A DNA stretch of 64,000 bases from Takakia lepidozioides. Taxonomy: Eukaryota; Plantae; Bryophyta. The number at the start of each line of letters is the position of its first letter. The first letter of the stretch is position 1. Below the pieces are notes generated by a model. It was not told the DNA's origin. It searched no databases and was given only the letters and a program-made list of their open reading frames with translations. A program made the position numbers and the translations under genes. Location: NCBI GenBank assembly GCA_030704615.1, contig CM060732.1, positions 27,652,001-27,716,000 on the forward strand, read 5' to 3'. Shown here one piece after another: positions 26,988-40,070 of this stretch.

Positions 26988-27714
26988 TGTCGCGCACCTC
27001 ACTTCGGTAAGCTCCCCTTCAAGTCATAGTTACTCGCTTTGATGCGCGCGCCTAACTCCCAACCTGGCCGCCGGGCCAACTCGGAGCTTCGGTTGCTCAC
27101 CGGGACATAACGGTCCCCCTTCGCTTCCCTAAAGACCCTCCACCTATTTGGGCCTAGTGGAATTCCCTTTGGTAGATGGCAATCCGGAACAGCTCCCCAC
27201 TCTTTGGTCGCTTTCCGGCTCGCTCGCTTACTCACTAGTTTTTGGACACCAACGGGCTTCCACCATTCTCGGGGTTACTACTCCCCTTATATATACTTCT
27301 GTAGCTGTCCGCGGGGGTTTCACAACCAGCCATGCCATTTTATGGTGAACCACCATGAAGACCCTCGACTCCCGGTGGTGAGTCGCGGTGAGTCTTGGCC
27401 CGCTCACCACGGCCCCTATGGACCGTGATGAGTCCCAAGACTCCCCACGACTCCCACCACGAGGTCTCCGCCCCCATGGTGAGTCCTATGCCACCCCCAC
27501 TAAGTCCCACTAAGCTACCACCACCCCTTGTGGAGCCACCCCCACCGCAACCCGGTGTGCGGGGCTCCACCTAGTGAGCGCCTCCGCTTCCCTGAGTGCC
27601 TTGGGCACTCAAGGGTGCTTCAGCCCCCCATACCTATCGCTGCCGCTGCCCCCACCACAGGGGCAGCCCCTCATGTGTCCCGACCCCCTGCCCTCAAGGC
27701 AAAGGGCCGCGACA
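26988..27714 (-). repeat. 5' LTR of chromovirus 1
   Basis: Direct repeat of 20794-21521; contains TATATAAG on the element strand. Confidence 0.93.
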
Positions 27715-27949
27715 CACACCTGGCCGACAGAGAATATCCCTCGGATGGAAAAATGGCGCCGAATTTCCATCCGAGGCCGGCCGGATGATGGCGTCTCGGG
27801 GGGATAGGTCGACAGGTATCATCTGCAGGATGGAAAAACGGCGCCGAATACCCATCCGTATCGACCCTTCATGAACAATTTTCAGTCCTTGCATCTAGTT
27901 TTTCGCGTTTTTTGGTCTAATCAGACACAACTTAGAGTTTTGGGCCTGA

Positions 27950-28500
27950 ATTCCACTTTTTGGCGCGTTTTTCCCACAATTGTCGTCCGCTAGAGACAAA
28001 TTCCGTGCCGGTTTTCCATCCGGCCGCGCTCCCGCTTACCTGCTGGATGGAAATTTGGCGCCGGTTTTGCATCCGCCCGCGCTTTCGCTTACCTGCAGGA
28101 TGGAAATTCGGCACCGGTTTTCCATCCGGGGATGTTCTCTGTCGACCAGGTGTCGGCCTCTCCCCCCGAGATGACTTACTCCGGGCGGCCTCGGATGGAA
28201 ATTCGGCGCCGAATTTCCATCCGGGGGATGTTCTCTCTTGGCCAGGTGTCGGCCTCTCCCCCCGAGACGACTTCCTCCGGGCGGCCTCGGATGGAAATTC
28301 GGCGCCAAATTTCCAGCTCGGGGTTGTTCTCTCTCGGCCAGGTGTCGGCCTCTCTCCCGAGACGACTTCCTGCGGGCGGCCTCGGATGGAAATTCGGCGC
28401 CGGTTTTTCATCCGTCCAGAACGTCTTGGCCGGAGGGATGGCCACGTTGCGTCCTATCTTATCCGCTGGATGGAAATTCGGCGCCGTTTTTTCCTTCCAG
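27950..28500 (-). repeat. Degenerate 96-bp family array in the opposite orientation
   Basis: Includes a perfect 32-bp palindrome CGGATGGAAATTCGGCGCCGAATTTCCATCCG at 28192-28223. Confidence 0.85.
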
Positions 28501-29044
28501 TGGGCTAACAATAAATTCTCGGGGGGACGGTAGGCCACGTGGGGCCTATGGCTGACCTCCATACCTGTGACATTTAGGGCGCAGTTGCGCATTAAATGTC
28601 CTCCGCCGGCAGTTTTGAACCGGATGTTCCGCACGGATTCCGCGCTTGCTTCCCGGATACGCACCCTAAACCCTGATGTGGCGGGTGGATGAAGTTCCAC
28701 TCGAGGCCTGTACGCACGCATTCTGCGGGCGATTTTTTCTTTTACAGGGACTTATGCCACGTGGAGAAGGGCGTGGCTCTCCTGAGAGAAACCCCACATG
28801 CAGACCGCGGCGCAAACTGAAGCCTTTGTACTACGGGCGGCGTCCAACGTCTCGCATGGCCAAACTGAAGCTCTAGCAGGAGATCCCCTTGTCTTGCTCA
28901 CAGCCCGCGCCAACTGAAGCCGAGCACTCTCAAGCAAGCCCCTTCCTCTTTCGCTTTGTGTAACATGTTTGGTCTTCTTCGCTTTGTTTTGTTTGTTTTG
29001 GCATCTTCAGCCTGGCAGCCCTGGAAGTGCATGGTTGCATCGCA

Positions 29045-29220
29045 AAAGCAAGAGTTGGTGAGAAGAATGATGAAGGTCAGAGGGGTTAGAAAGGAGCCAG
29101 GTTGTTGCTGCATTGAGATTTGCAACACGGTGCACACCTTCGCTGTAGATGACAGGTTGCATCCCAGAATTAAGGAAATCCATGCTGAGCTGAGAAGATT
29201 GTCTGGGCATATGAAGTGCC
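29045..29220 (+). pseudogene. Fragment of a PLS-class PPR protein E/E+ region (PG box)
   Basis: VRRMMKVRGVRKEPGCCCIEICNTVHTFAVDDRLHPRIKEIHAELRRLSGHM. Confidence 0.85.
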
Positions 29221-29789
29221 TTCAAAACCCTGTTTTCTCCTCTAATTTGAAACAGTCATTTCATTGCCAGTCGTCATATTTGTTGCAAATTCTCATTTCA
29301 GTATTTTTTAATGGAAATGTGGCATTGCAGGGTGACTGAGAATGCCTTCATTGCCACCAACTTGTTCCATATGCTCTTCCGAGTGAAGGATGTCAGGAAG
29401 TAGGGGGTGCAAGAGTTTGACAATTCGCTCGGTGTCGACCTCCTGCGCACGTCGGAGGCAAAGACAGACAGAACCTAGTATAGGCTGAGCATGGACGCCA
29501 TGGTGGACTACATATTTTGGGTAAAGCTCCTAACTATTTTGTTCAGCTAATCTGTCTCTCCTCCCCCAATAGAAGAAAAAGTGTTGACCAGGATTTCTAA
29601 TCTTATGTGCGCATTCTTGATAGACGAAAATTCAACAGGATTTGGCACATGCGCGGAGGTTCTACATCGAGTCAGAGGAGAAGAAACTAACCCTCCCGGC
29701 ACTGGAATCGTATCTCAAAGCTGCAGAGGCGAAGGCCCGCATAAAATACAAGTCGCGGATGGTAAAGTACGTGGCCATAGCTGATCCCG

Positions 29790-30517
29790 TGTCGCGGCCC
29801 TTTGCCTTGAGGGCAGGGGGTCAGGACACATGAGGGGCTGCCCCTGTGGTGGGGGCAGCGGCAGCAATAGGTATGGGGGGCTGAAGCACCCTTGAGTGCC
29901 CAAGGCACTCAAGGAGGCGGAGGCGCTCACTAGGTGGAGCCCCGCACACCGGGTTGCGGTGGGGGTGGCTCCACAAGGGGTGGTGGTAGCTTAGCGGGAC
30001 TTAGTGGGGGTGGCATAGGACTCACCATGGGGGCGGAGACCTCGTGGTGGGAGTCGTGGGGAGTCTTGGGACTCATCACGGTCCATAGGGGCCGTGGTGA
30101 GTGGGCCAAGACTCACCGCGACTCATCACCGGGAGTCGAGGGTTTTCGTGGTGGTTCGCCATAAAATGGCATGGCTGGTTGTGAAACCCCCGCGGACAGC
30201 TACAGAAGTATATATAAGGGGAGTAGTGACCCCGAGAACGGTGCAAGCCCGTTGGTGACCAAAAACTAGTGAGTAAGCGAGCGAGCCGGAAAGCGACCAA
30301 AGAGTGGGGAGCTGTTCCGGACTGCCATCTACCAAAGGGAATTCCACTAGGCCCAAATAGGTGGAGGGTTTAGTGGGAGAGCGAAGGGGGACCGTTATGT
30401 CCCGGTGAGCAGCCGAAGCTCCAAGTTGGCCCGGCGGCCAGGTTGGGAGTCAGGCGCGCGCATCAAAGCGAGTAACTATGACCTGAAGGGGAGCTTACCG
30501 AAGTGAGGTGCGCGACA
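29790..30517 (+). repeat. 5' LTR of chromovirus 2
   Basis: TGTCGCGG...GCGCGACA, near-identical to 36025-36751, followed by CT-TGGTATCAGAGC. Confidence 0.95.
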
Positions 30518-30572
30518 CTTGGTATCAGAGCTTAGAGTTCAGTACGTGATCGTCCTTGGGATTGGCCTCATC

Positions 30573-33500
30573 ATGGGGTCGGGCAAGCCAAAACGAAAGC
30601 GGAACGGCCCAAAAGATGATGATCCTGGTGAGTCCGATGGGGGCGACGTGTCACCGAAGCGGCCATTTGAGGAAGCGACGCAGGTTTCTGAAAACGACGC
30701 CGCTCAAGAGTGGGAGGAATCCAAGGAGTCGGAGTCCGAGGAATCCCTGAGAGCTCCGTCAGACCAACAGATGCCTCCTATGCCGGCAGCTTTTTGGGAA
30801 GGGTTGTTGGCGCAGTTTGGCGGGACGTTGAAAGACGTGTTGAAGGCGGCTAATGTCACTTCCGCTAAGGCAAAGTTTAAGGTGAAGCCTAAGGAACCTG
30901 GCACCTTCGAGGGCGTCCAAAATCGGAAGGCACTCAACACTCCAACTCTTGGAGCTGGAGCAGTACTTCCGGGCGGCCAAGTTGATGACAAGGATCGGGT
31001 GGAAGTGGCTCCCACCTATTTGAGGGGCTATGCTCAACAATGGTGGCAGAAACGTCTTCACGACCGAGGTCCAAGTCCAAAAACCTTGAACTGGAGTGGG
31101 TTCAAGGAATTGATGAAGCGACAGTTTGTGCCCCTCAACGCGTCCTGGCTTGCCCGGGACAAGATGAGGAATTTGAAGCAAACAGATGACATTCGGGGAT
31201 ATGTCCAGGCTTTCAATGTGTTGTTGCTCGAAGTCGCGGATATGGCGGAACCAGAAATGGTCTTCAACTTTGTGGCGGGGTTGGCCCCATGGGTCAGGCG
31301 GAAGTTGGAGGAGAAGCCACCTAAGACTTTGAACGAGGCAATTGTTTCTCAGATGTCCCTAGGGGTGAAAGACAAGGCCGTACAGAGCTGAACCACAAGA
31401 AGACCCGGCGGGAAGGTGACTCCTTCTGACCGGAAAAGAAGTGGGATAGGCCATGCGGCAACAATGGCATGTGGAAATCGAAGGGAGGGCCATCACAAGT
31501 CAAGGCGACACCCGGTGCTTCGAAAGGAAAAGCGGGTGGAGCGGCCTATGGCGGACAGAAGGCAACCTTTGATGGAGTGTGTTTCAATTGTGGGGAGCCC
31601 GGGCACATGGCCAAGAAGTGCACGAAGCCCCGGCAATTGAACATGACTCGGGCGACCACAGAGCTGTCGGAAGACCATCAGTCGCTTGGTGGAAGCGGTG
31701 GTCGCCAGGACTTGCAAGGTAGGCAAATATTCTTGTGAGTTGTATCAGGAAACTGGCGCGTTGCGTAAAGGGAGTCACTTATTGTTCGTGGATGGGATAA
31801 TATCCGGAACTAACGTGTCATTGTTGGTGGACACGGGAGCGTCGCACTCCTTCATGACACCGGCAATGGCACAAAAGTTGGGACTCCCGACAACTGACGT
31901 AGGGGCCCTCTATTGAGGTGCGTTCTGCCAAAGGAGAACCGCAATTGGCGACGAGGTTGGCGTTCGATGTTCCTTTTCAACTGGGGAGTTGGGAGGGACG
32001 TGAGAACTTCACCGTCTGCGAGATCAATGGAGTGGATCTCATTTTGGGGATGACCTTTTTGAGCAAATCCGGAGCGGTCATAGATGGCCGCAAGAGGGTA
32101 GTCACGTTGCCATGTTGGAATGGTGGCGAGATCTTACGAGTTTCGGAAACGCCCAAACCCGTGAGAGGGCTAATAAACCTTCTGTCAGCAAGGGAGTGGG
32201 CCATGGAGGAGGCACACGAGCCCCAGTTTTTGCTCTACATTAGAGAAGTGAAGGGAGAAGGCGATGGAGAGCCGAGCCCAGATTGGATCAAGGGGATTTT
32301 GGAGAAATACCATGATGTGATGCCGGAGGATTTGCCAAGCGGCTTGCCACCGCGAAGAGGAGTTGACCACAAGATTGAGGTGATATCGGGATCGGAACCG
32401 CTTGCCAAGGCGCCCTACCGGTTGCGCCACAGAGAGTTGGTCGAGCTGAAGACCCAGCTCAAGGATCTAATGTCAAAGGGGTACATCCGGCCGAGTAAGT
32501 CACCCTACGGAGCCCCGGTGCTATTTGCAGACAAGAAGGATGGGACGCTGCGGATGTGTGTCGATTACAGGGCTCTGAATAAGGTGACTATCAAAAACCG
32601 GTACCCTTTGCCAAGGATCGACGACCTTTTCGATCGGTTGGCAAGAGCGAAGTATTTCAGCCGGATCGATCTACGCTCCGGCTATCATCAAATTCGAGTG
32701 GCGGAAGGAGATGAGGAGAAGATCGCGTGCAGGACAAGGTATGGTTCATATGAGTACTTGGTGATGCCTTTTGGGCTCAAATGCACCAGCGACATTAAGC
32801 ACGCTGATGAACAGCCTTTTCCAGGAGTGGTTGGATGACTTTGTGATCGTGTACATTGACGACATCTTGGTGTATTCGAAAACAAAGGAGGAGCACCTGG
32901 AGCATCTCAAAAGGGTGTTCCAGAAATTGCGGGAAGGGAAGCTGTATGCCAAAGCTTCAAAGTGCAAATTCGGGGTCACAAAAGTGGAGTTCCTGGGGCA
33001 TGTGATTACACAGGATGGGATCAGAATGGATGACAGGAAGGTGAGGTCCATCTTGGACTGGGAGCCTTCGACTTCGGTCCCGGGAGTGTGATCCTTCCTA
33101 GGACTCGCCTCCTATTACCGGAAGTATGTGAGAAATTTCGCCAAGATTGCGGGGCCGCTGTCAGACCTTCTGTGTAAATCTAAAGTCTGGGCATGGAACA
33201 CCTTTTGTGGCCAAGCTTTTGCTGAATTGAAGCAGCAAAAGGCGGAAGCTCTAGTCTTGAAAATCCCGGAGTTCGATCGTCCGTTCGAGATACATACAGA
33301 TGCGTCGGACTTCGCGATTGGGGGTGTACTGATGCAAGATGGACGTCCATTGGCTTACGAAAGTAAGAAACTGAATGAAGTGGAGCGACGGTGGCCGACG
33401 CACGAGAAAGAGATAAAGGCGGTGGTGCACTGTCTTGAGCTTTGGCGCCACTATGTTGGTTCCAACCCAGTGAAGGTGTTCACGGACAATGTCACGGTGA

Positions 33501-35119
33501 AGAATTTTGCCACGCAGCCCAAGTTGTCCCCAAAACAACTTAGGTGGCAAGATACTTTGGCGGTGTTCGACGTGGATATCCAGTACAAACCGGGACGAGA
33601 CAACGTGGTGGCCGATGCTCTAAGTAGAAAGCAGCAGCTCTTGTTGGTGTACAAGGGCGAGACGACGCTCCAAAGGAAGATCCGGAAGGCTTGCCGGAAG
33701 GATGAGCTGGCGAAGTCCGTGATGCAGGACTTGAGGATGGGGGTTAAATCGCAGTTCCACTTGCAAAATGGACTGCTCCGGTATAAGCAAAAGCGTCTCT
33801 ACGTGCCGAAGGGAGGGATCAGAGATAGCCTCTTGAGAGAATGCCATGATAGCCCGCTTACGGGCCACGGCGGAGCCAAGCGCACTGCGGCACTCTTGAA
33901 GAAAGAGTATTTCTTGCCCAAACTGAGGGAGGAGGCAGAGGAGTATGTCAAGACATGCACCACATGCCAACAAAACCGGAGCGAGTACAAAAAGCAAGCG
34001 GGGCTGTTACAACCCTTGCCAATTCCAGAGGGGACTTGGGAAAGCGTCTCGATGGATTTCATGACTGCTATGCCGCTGTCAAAAGGATTCGATGCAATCA
34101 TGGTGGTGGTGGATAGGTTCAGTAAAATGGGCCATTTCATCCCCACCAAAGAGACGGCAACGGCGCAAGAGACAGGGCGACTTTACTTTGCCCACGTCTT
34201 AAAGCATCATGGAGTCCCGAAGGATATTGTCTCGGACTGCGATCCAAAGTTTACGAGTAAATTTTGGAGGACACTTTGGAAGAAGATGGGGACGAGGCTG
34301 AAGATGAGCACCGCCTTCCGACCTACGACCGACGGCCAAACAGAAAGAGTGAATTCCGTAGTGAAGCAGATCTTGCGGAATTACGTGTCGGCAAACCAAA
34401 CAGACTGGGTGGAACATTTAGACGCGGCAGAGTTCTGTTATAATAACACAGAACACTCCGCAACGGGAGTTTCCCCTTTCGTATTGGTCTATGGAAAAGC
34501 ACCTCTGGTGCCGACAAGTTGGGCCGCCCAAGACGTTGAGGAACCGGCAGTAACGGCGGTACTGGAAGAACGCGAGCGTTTGTTGAAGCTCACAAAGTAC
34601 AACATTGCCAAAGCTAGGAAACGGTATGAAAGGCAGGCGAATCGGAAGCGGAGGGAAGTGAAGTTTGAGGCAGGCACAGAGGTCTGGTTGAACATCAAGA
34701 ATTTCCGACTACCTCCGGAAGTGAGTCCGAAGTTCGTACCTCCGTATGCGGGACCCTTTCGCATTCGGAAGGTTATGAATGAGGATGTGTATGAATTGGA
34801 GCTGCCGGCAAACAGCAAGGTGCACCCAGTATTCCATGTCTCCCTTTTGAAGCCTTACTTCAAAGATGAAGCGCGTCCGAATCGGCATAAAGTGTTGCGT
34901 CCGCCACCTATGCTGTTGGATCATGAAAATGAACCTGAGTACGAGGTGGAGGCAATATTTAAGTTGAGGAGGTTCACGAACCGAGAAACGGAGTATCTCG
35001 TCAAATGGAAGGGCTATCATCATGTGGAGGCATCTTGGGTGCGTGCCTCAGAAATGGGAAACGCATCCGAGGCGGTTGCAGCTTTCGAAGGGCGACCTCA
35101 AAAGCGGAAGAAGCGTTGA
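30573..35119 (+). pseudogene. gag-pol of chromovirus 2 with C-terminal chromodomain; several frameshifts and stops
   Basis: ORF pieces 30519-31391, 31469-31738, 31686-31916, 31918-32838, 32771-33091, 33128-35119 carry the same motifs as copy 1. Confidence 0.93.
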
Positions 35120-36024
35120 TGGGGACATCAACCTTGGAGCGTGGGGGAGGAAATGCATGCTTAGCCCGGCTTAGCTAGCTTAGGAATCCGATTGCAAAAG
35201 CTTGTATTGTACAAAACGTGCTATAAATGAAATGGCTTCCAAATGTTGTGCGTCCTATTTTGTTTGGAATGGTGATGCGTGGTATGGTTGGCTAGTGTGT
35301 AGAATGCATGCTAGCTTATAAAAGTGGGAGAGGTAAATTGGGTTAATCGTGTGTTTGCATAGTGCCGAAATCGGGTGACCCCCATCCAAGGGGCAAGGAA
35401 ACTTGCGCCTTCTTTGGGAGTTCACGTGCTAGTGCGCACCTGGCGCGTGCGCGTACTATAACTGCGCTACCGAGGGGGTTGCCTTGTAGTGCGGGCTAAC
35501 GCGGAAGCCACGTGCTTCCGTTCACGTACTATAATCGTGTAGCCTCGGGACGAAGTCGTAGTGCGGCTTCGACGTGTTCCCGTACCTCAGGCCAGCATTC
35601 CAAGGCGGACCCAATTGTAGTAATTGGGGTGCACGGTTGGTTCAAGGTTATCTTCCTAGTCAAAGAGGGTTCCAGGTGAACCCTTGCTCAAGGTGATGCC
35701 AAAAGCGGCATCATGAGCAGTCGCAAGCAATGTTGTTGCAGTAAGGCGATTCGATCCTCGGGAAGGATCGTTCCTTGGCCTTGAAGTAGGCCAAGAAGAG
35801 TGCACTGGGAAGAGCTGGAGAGGCTCCACCCTTGGCCGGGACTTGGAGGAAGTCGGCCGAACTAGCTAGTGGAGAGTAGAGTCAAGTGTGGAGTTTGGTT
35901 CTTTGCCATGGGACGCCATGGTGCGGAAACAAACTCCTTGATGTGGGACGCCACAACTTGGATGTTCGTTTCTACAAAATGGACAAGTCGATGAGGACAT
36001 CGACTCCCTGTTGGTAGGGGTGTG

Positions 36025-36751
36025 TGTCGCGGCCCTTTGCCTTGAGGGCAGGGGTCGGGACACATGAGGGGCTGCCCCTGTGGTGGGGGCAGCGGCAGTG
36101 ATAGGTATGGGGGGCTGAAGCACCCTTGAGTGCCCAAGGCACTCAAGGAGGCGGAGGCGCTCACTAGGTGGAGCCCCGCACACCGGGTTGCGGTGGGGGT
36201 GGCTCCACAAGGGGTGGTGGTAGCTTAGCGGGACTTAGTGGGGGTGGCATAGGACTCACCATGGGGGCGGAGACCTCGTGGTGGGAGTCGTGGGGAGTCT
36301 TGGGACTCATCACGGTCCATAGGGGCCGTGGTGAGTGGGCCAAGACTCACCGCGACTCATCACCGGGAGTCGAGGGTTTTCGTGGTGGTTCGCCATAAAA
36401 TGGCATGGCTGGTTGTGAAACCCCCGCGGACAGCTACAGAAGTATATATAAGGGGAGTAGTGACCCCGAGAACGGTGCAAGCCCGTTGGTGACCAAAAAC
36501 TAGTGAGTAAGCGAGCGAGCCGGAAAGCGACCAAAGAGTGGGGAGCTGTTCCGGACTGCCATCTACCAAAGGGAATTCCACTAGGCCCAAATAGGTGGAG
36601 GGTTTAGTGGGAGAGCGAAGGGGGACCGTTATGTCCCGGTGAGCAGCCGAAGCTCCAAGTTGGCCAGGCGGCCAGGTTGGGAGTCAGGCGCGCGCATCAA
36701 AGCGAGTAACTATGACCTGAAGGGGAGCTTACCAAAGTGAGGTGCGCGACA
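36025..36751 (+). repeat. 3' LTR of chromovirus 2
   Basis: Direct repeat of 29790-30517. Confidence 0.95.
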
Positions 36752-37499
36752 TCCCGCCCTTGGTACCGACTTTTTGGTGGAGGTGGGGAAGCACTACTCC
36801 CGCGCTCTGAAGCCCACGATGACATTGGAGAAGCTGCATCGTCTAGCCACATCCTGCGTGGATGCAACAGAAAAGGTGATACGTTCTTAACCAGATTGTC
36901 GTGGCAACAATTCGTTTTTGTGGTGTTTGGCGCTTACTAATTAGCTGGGTGGTTGGACAGACCCGTTGGCTCCAAATCTGTAATGGTTCCCAAAGTACAA
37001 GGGACATGTAGAGCTTCCCCAAACCCGACAATCTGTCCGACCCCACATTTGACATGTGGATGAACCGCATGACATGGTGGTTTCAGGTACTTTCCCACGC
37101 TTGATTTGCCGGTTCTACGCTTGTACCGGGTGGATTTACTGTATTTTTTGAGGAAAGCGGTCTGATGGAGAATTTCCACAGGTGACGACAAATGCGCAAG
37201 AGCAGCTTGATACACAAGCACATCAGTTCAAGCTGAAGATTTCTGGTGAAGCAGAGAGCCTACGCGACTATGTGACGAGGTACTTTCTGCTCTACAAAAC
37301 CGACCTATTCTTTCCAGAGATACCCCATGCCCACCGGAGCCACGAGTTCACCGACCAGCCGAACGCGGACAAAGCGGCAATGCGCCTTTGTATAGGTACA
37401 TACGCAATGCCTGTCTTTTTAGTCCCTACATTTCCAGGATGTAAGAGGATGTATTCGGGCCCTGGGGGCTGGCTGTCGAGGGGGTGGCGAGCACTCAGT

Positions 37500-38350
37500 T
37501 TGGAAATTCCGCGCCATTTTCCAGTTCTGGGCCCAGACAGATCTGGGACTTAGCCATTTTCGGCCCCAACCTAGGAAAATGGCGCCAAATTTCCAGTCCA
37601 GGGCCCAAAAATGGCTAAGTCCCTAGGGTGGCTGGGCCCGAAACCGGAAATTTGGCGCCATTTTTCCAGTTCCGGGCCAAGTCAGTTCTGGGACTTAGCC
37701 ATTTTCGGCCGCAACCTGGGAAAATGGCGCCAAATTTCCAGTCCAGGGCCCAAAAATGGCCAAGTCCCTAGGGTGGCTGGCACCGAAACCGGAAATTCGG
37801 TGCCATTTTTCCACTTCCGGGCCCAACCGGTTTTGGGACTTAGCCATTTTCGGCCCCAACCTGGGAAATGGCGCCGAATTTCCAGTTCAAGGCCCCGAAA
37901 ATGGCCAAGTCCCTAGGGTGCCTGGCACCGAAACCGGAAATTTGGCGCCACTTTTCCAGTTCCGGGCCCAACCGGTTCTGGGACTTAGCCATTTTCGGCC
38001 CCAACCTGGGAAAATGGCGCCGAATTTCCAGTTCAGGGCTCCAAAAATGGCTAAGTCCCTAGGGTGGCTGGCACCGGAACTGGAAATTCGGCGCCATTTT
38101 TCCAGTTTCAGGCCCAACCAGTTCTGACACTTGGCCATTTTCGGCCCCAACCTGGGAAAATGGTGCCGAATTTCCAGTTCAGGGCCCCGAAAATGGCTAA
38201 GTCCCTAGGGTGGCTGGCACCGAAACTCGAAATTCGGCGCCATCTTCCAGTTCCGGGCTTGGCCATTTTCGGGGCCCGGTACTGGAAATTCGGCGCCGTT
38301 TTTCTAAGCCGTGACTGGGCCGGACCTAGAAAAATGGCGCCGAAATTCCA
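37500..38350 (+). repeat. Intronic ~145-bp tandem array of nested hairpins (copy A)
   Basis: GGGACTTAGCC recurs at 37546, 37690, 37835, 37980. Each unit has inverted arms GGGACTTAGCCATTTTCGG / CCGAAAATGGCTAAGTCCC around GGAAAATGGCGCCGAATTTCC, plus a second core copy. Confidence 0.92.
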
Positions 38351-40070
38351 CTTTCATTGCAGGACACCCCGGAGAGCCGGGACCACCCGGCCCACCCCGC
38401 ATAGAAAATCGGCGTGTATTTTGCAGTTTCATTCCCTAAAATTTACTCCGTTCCCGGGACCTCATTCTGTGCGTGTTTCTTGAATGCAGGTACTGCAAGT
38501 TCTCCCTTTTGGAGAAAGATCATTTGTCCTTCGAGCCACCATTCTTCCTGGCATGGAGGAACCCTGGGGCTGACTCTATGTACACTGACGTTATCGTGAA
38601 GGAGTGGCATCTAGAACATTTGCGTGACTGCCCTTGGTATGTGGACCTTCCACCCGGCTCGCTCGACTCATCCGAGTTTCAATTGAAGCTGGATGCGGAG
38701 GCCCGACGAAACCGGGCTCCGCTGCCTCCGCTGGGTCCAAAGGAGGCAAAAGCGCTTGCCAAGTCCAGGAAAGCGGCAGAGCTTGCTCAGGCAGGTATTC
38801 AAGAGAAATTGAATGAGAAGAATAAAGGACAAAAGAAAAGGACACGGAAACAGGGGAGTACAGTAACCCCCAAAAAACAGAAAACCACCGGGGCACCGAA
38901 GGAGGCGCAGGAGGGGCCCCAAGGGAGTGACTCCGACGACGACTTTGTTCAAGGTCCTGCGACTGCTGCTGCTGCTACCAAGTCACCGGTCGTCCGGGTT
39001 CCCAAGTCAGTTCGGAGTGGGACTGGCTCTGCCAAGAAGTTGGCATTTGAGAGCGAGCCTACATGGCGGTATTCGGCGGTGACGTTTACGTAGAGGCCAA
39101 AGCTAGAACCCCCAACCATCATCCAATGCGTGAATGAGAGCTTCCTTGACGCTCTGGCTGCCAGGGCAAAGAAGGTGGCACACAGCAAGTCTCTGGAGGA
39201 GCTGAAGGGGAAAGCCAAGAAGAGGGCTGCCGGTACAGAGCCTAAAGACACCCCTGGTTTGGAAGCCATGATGGAATTCTTCACGGCTGTGAGCACGGAT
39301 TGCAAGAGCACTTGGGGGGGGGGGGGGGGGTTGAGGTAGAGAGAGCCTGCGATATGATTCTCCTTGACATTCCAGATGGGGAGCTGCTGGAGGGCCTGGA
39401 TGGTGTGCCCACCTGGAACAGGTTTATTGAGGACTACTGGAGAGCCGGGTTTGGGCTGGCGGGGATGCTCCTGGATGACGGTGGATGTGTGGTGGTCCTT
39501 GCCACAAGAGGGAAGACCACAGAGAATGTTGTGGCAAGGTGGACACCGAAAAGTGTCACCCCGGTCCTCCTCAAAAAATGGTTCTGCATCAATACACAGG
39601 GGTTGCAAACAGAGGGCCAAAGTGTAAGTTATCAATCTATTGCATTCACTTCATATTGTGCTGTATCTAAACTAGACCCCGGAGTTGATTCCTCTTTTGT
39701 TGGATGTGCAGACATTGGTGTTTGAGGCATATTGTTTTGTGAAGAGAGGGTCTACGTTCAAATTCCGCAACAACGGTCGTCTTGTTGATGCCGCTGTGGA
39801 CCGTGTTACCTACGATGTCCTCTACAACTATGTGCCCCACTCCAGTATGCCGAAGGACACAAAGACAGGCAAACCGTGGCGGTACAGCCGGACCTGGAGC
39901 CCCGCTTTCATCCAAACCCTCATGGAGACGTGCTCGGATGTCTAAGGGTGGATTCTTGACCTCACATGCGGCACGGGTAAGCCTTCACGTGCACAGTTTG
40001 TCCCCTGGCCGATTGCAATTGCGTGCAGCATGCTACTAACCACCTGCTTTGTCCCTCAGGTGCTTCAATG

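Larger units (their letters stand above)
20794..27714 (-). mobile_element. Chromovirus (Ty3/gypsy) LTR retrotransposon, copy 1
   Basis: Two LTRs with TG..CA ends, an iMet PBS, a PPT and gag-pol with chromodomain. Flanks GACAC/CACAC give a 5-bp TSD with one mismatch, inside the 96-bp array. Confidence 0.95.
29790..36751 (+). mobile_element. Chromovirus (Ty3/gypsy) LTR retrotransposon, copy 2
   Basis: Perfect 5-bp TSD TCCCG (29785-29789 and 36752-36756). The empty site is visible in copy C at ~55329. PBS at 30520-30531, PPT at ~36013-36024. Confidence 0.97.
29240..40070 (+). pseudogene. ParB-MTase gene copy A (lacks the ParB exon, interrupted by chromovirus 2, cut at the 3' end by the copy B terminus)
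   Basis: Colinear with copy C from ~54790 to 58239. The reading frame resumes after the LTR element. DMILLDIPDG at ~39350 and ILDLTCGTG at ~39952. In-frame stops are present. Confidence 0.85.
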
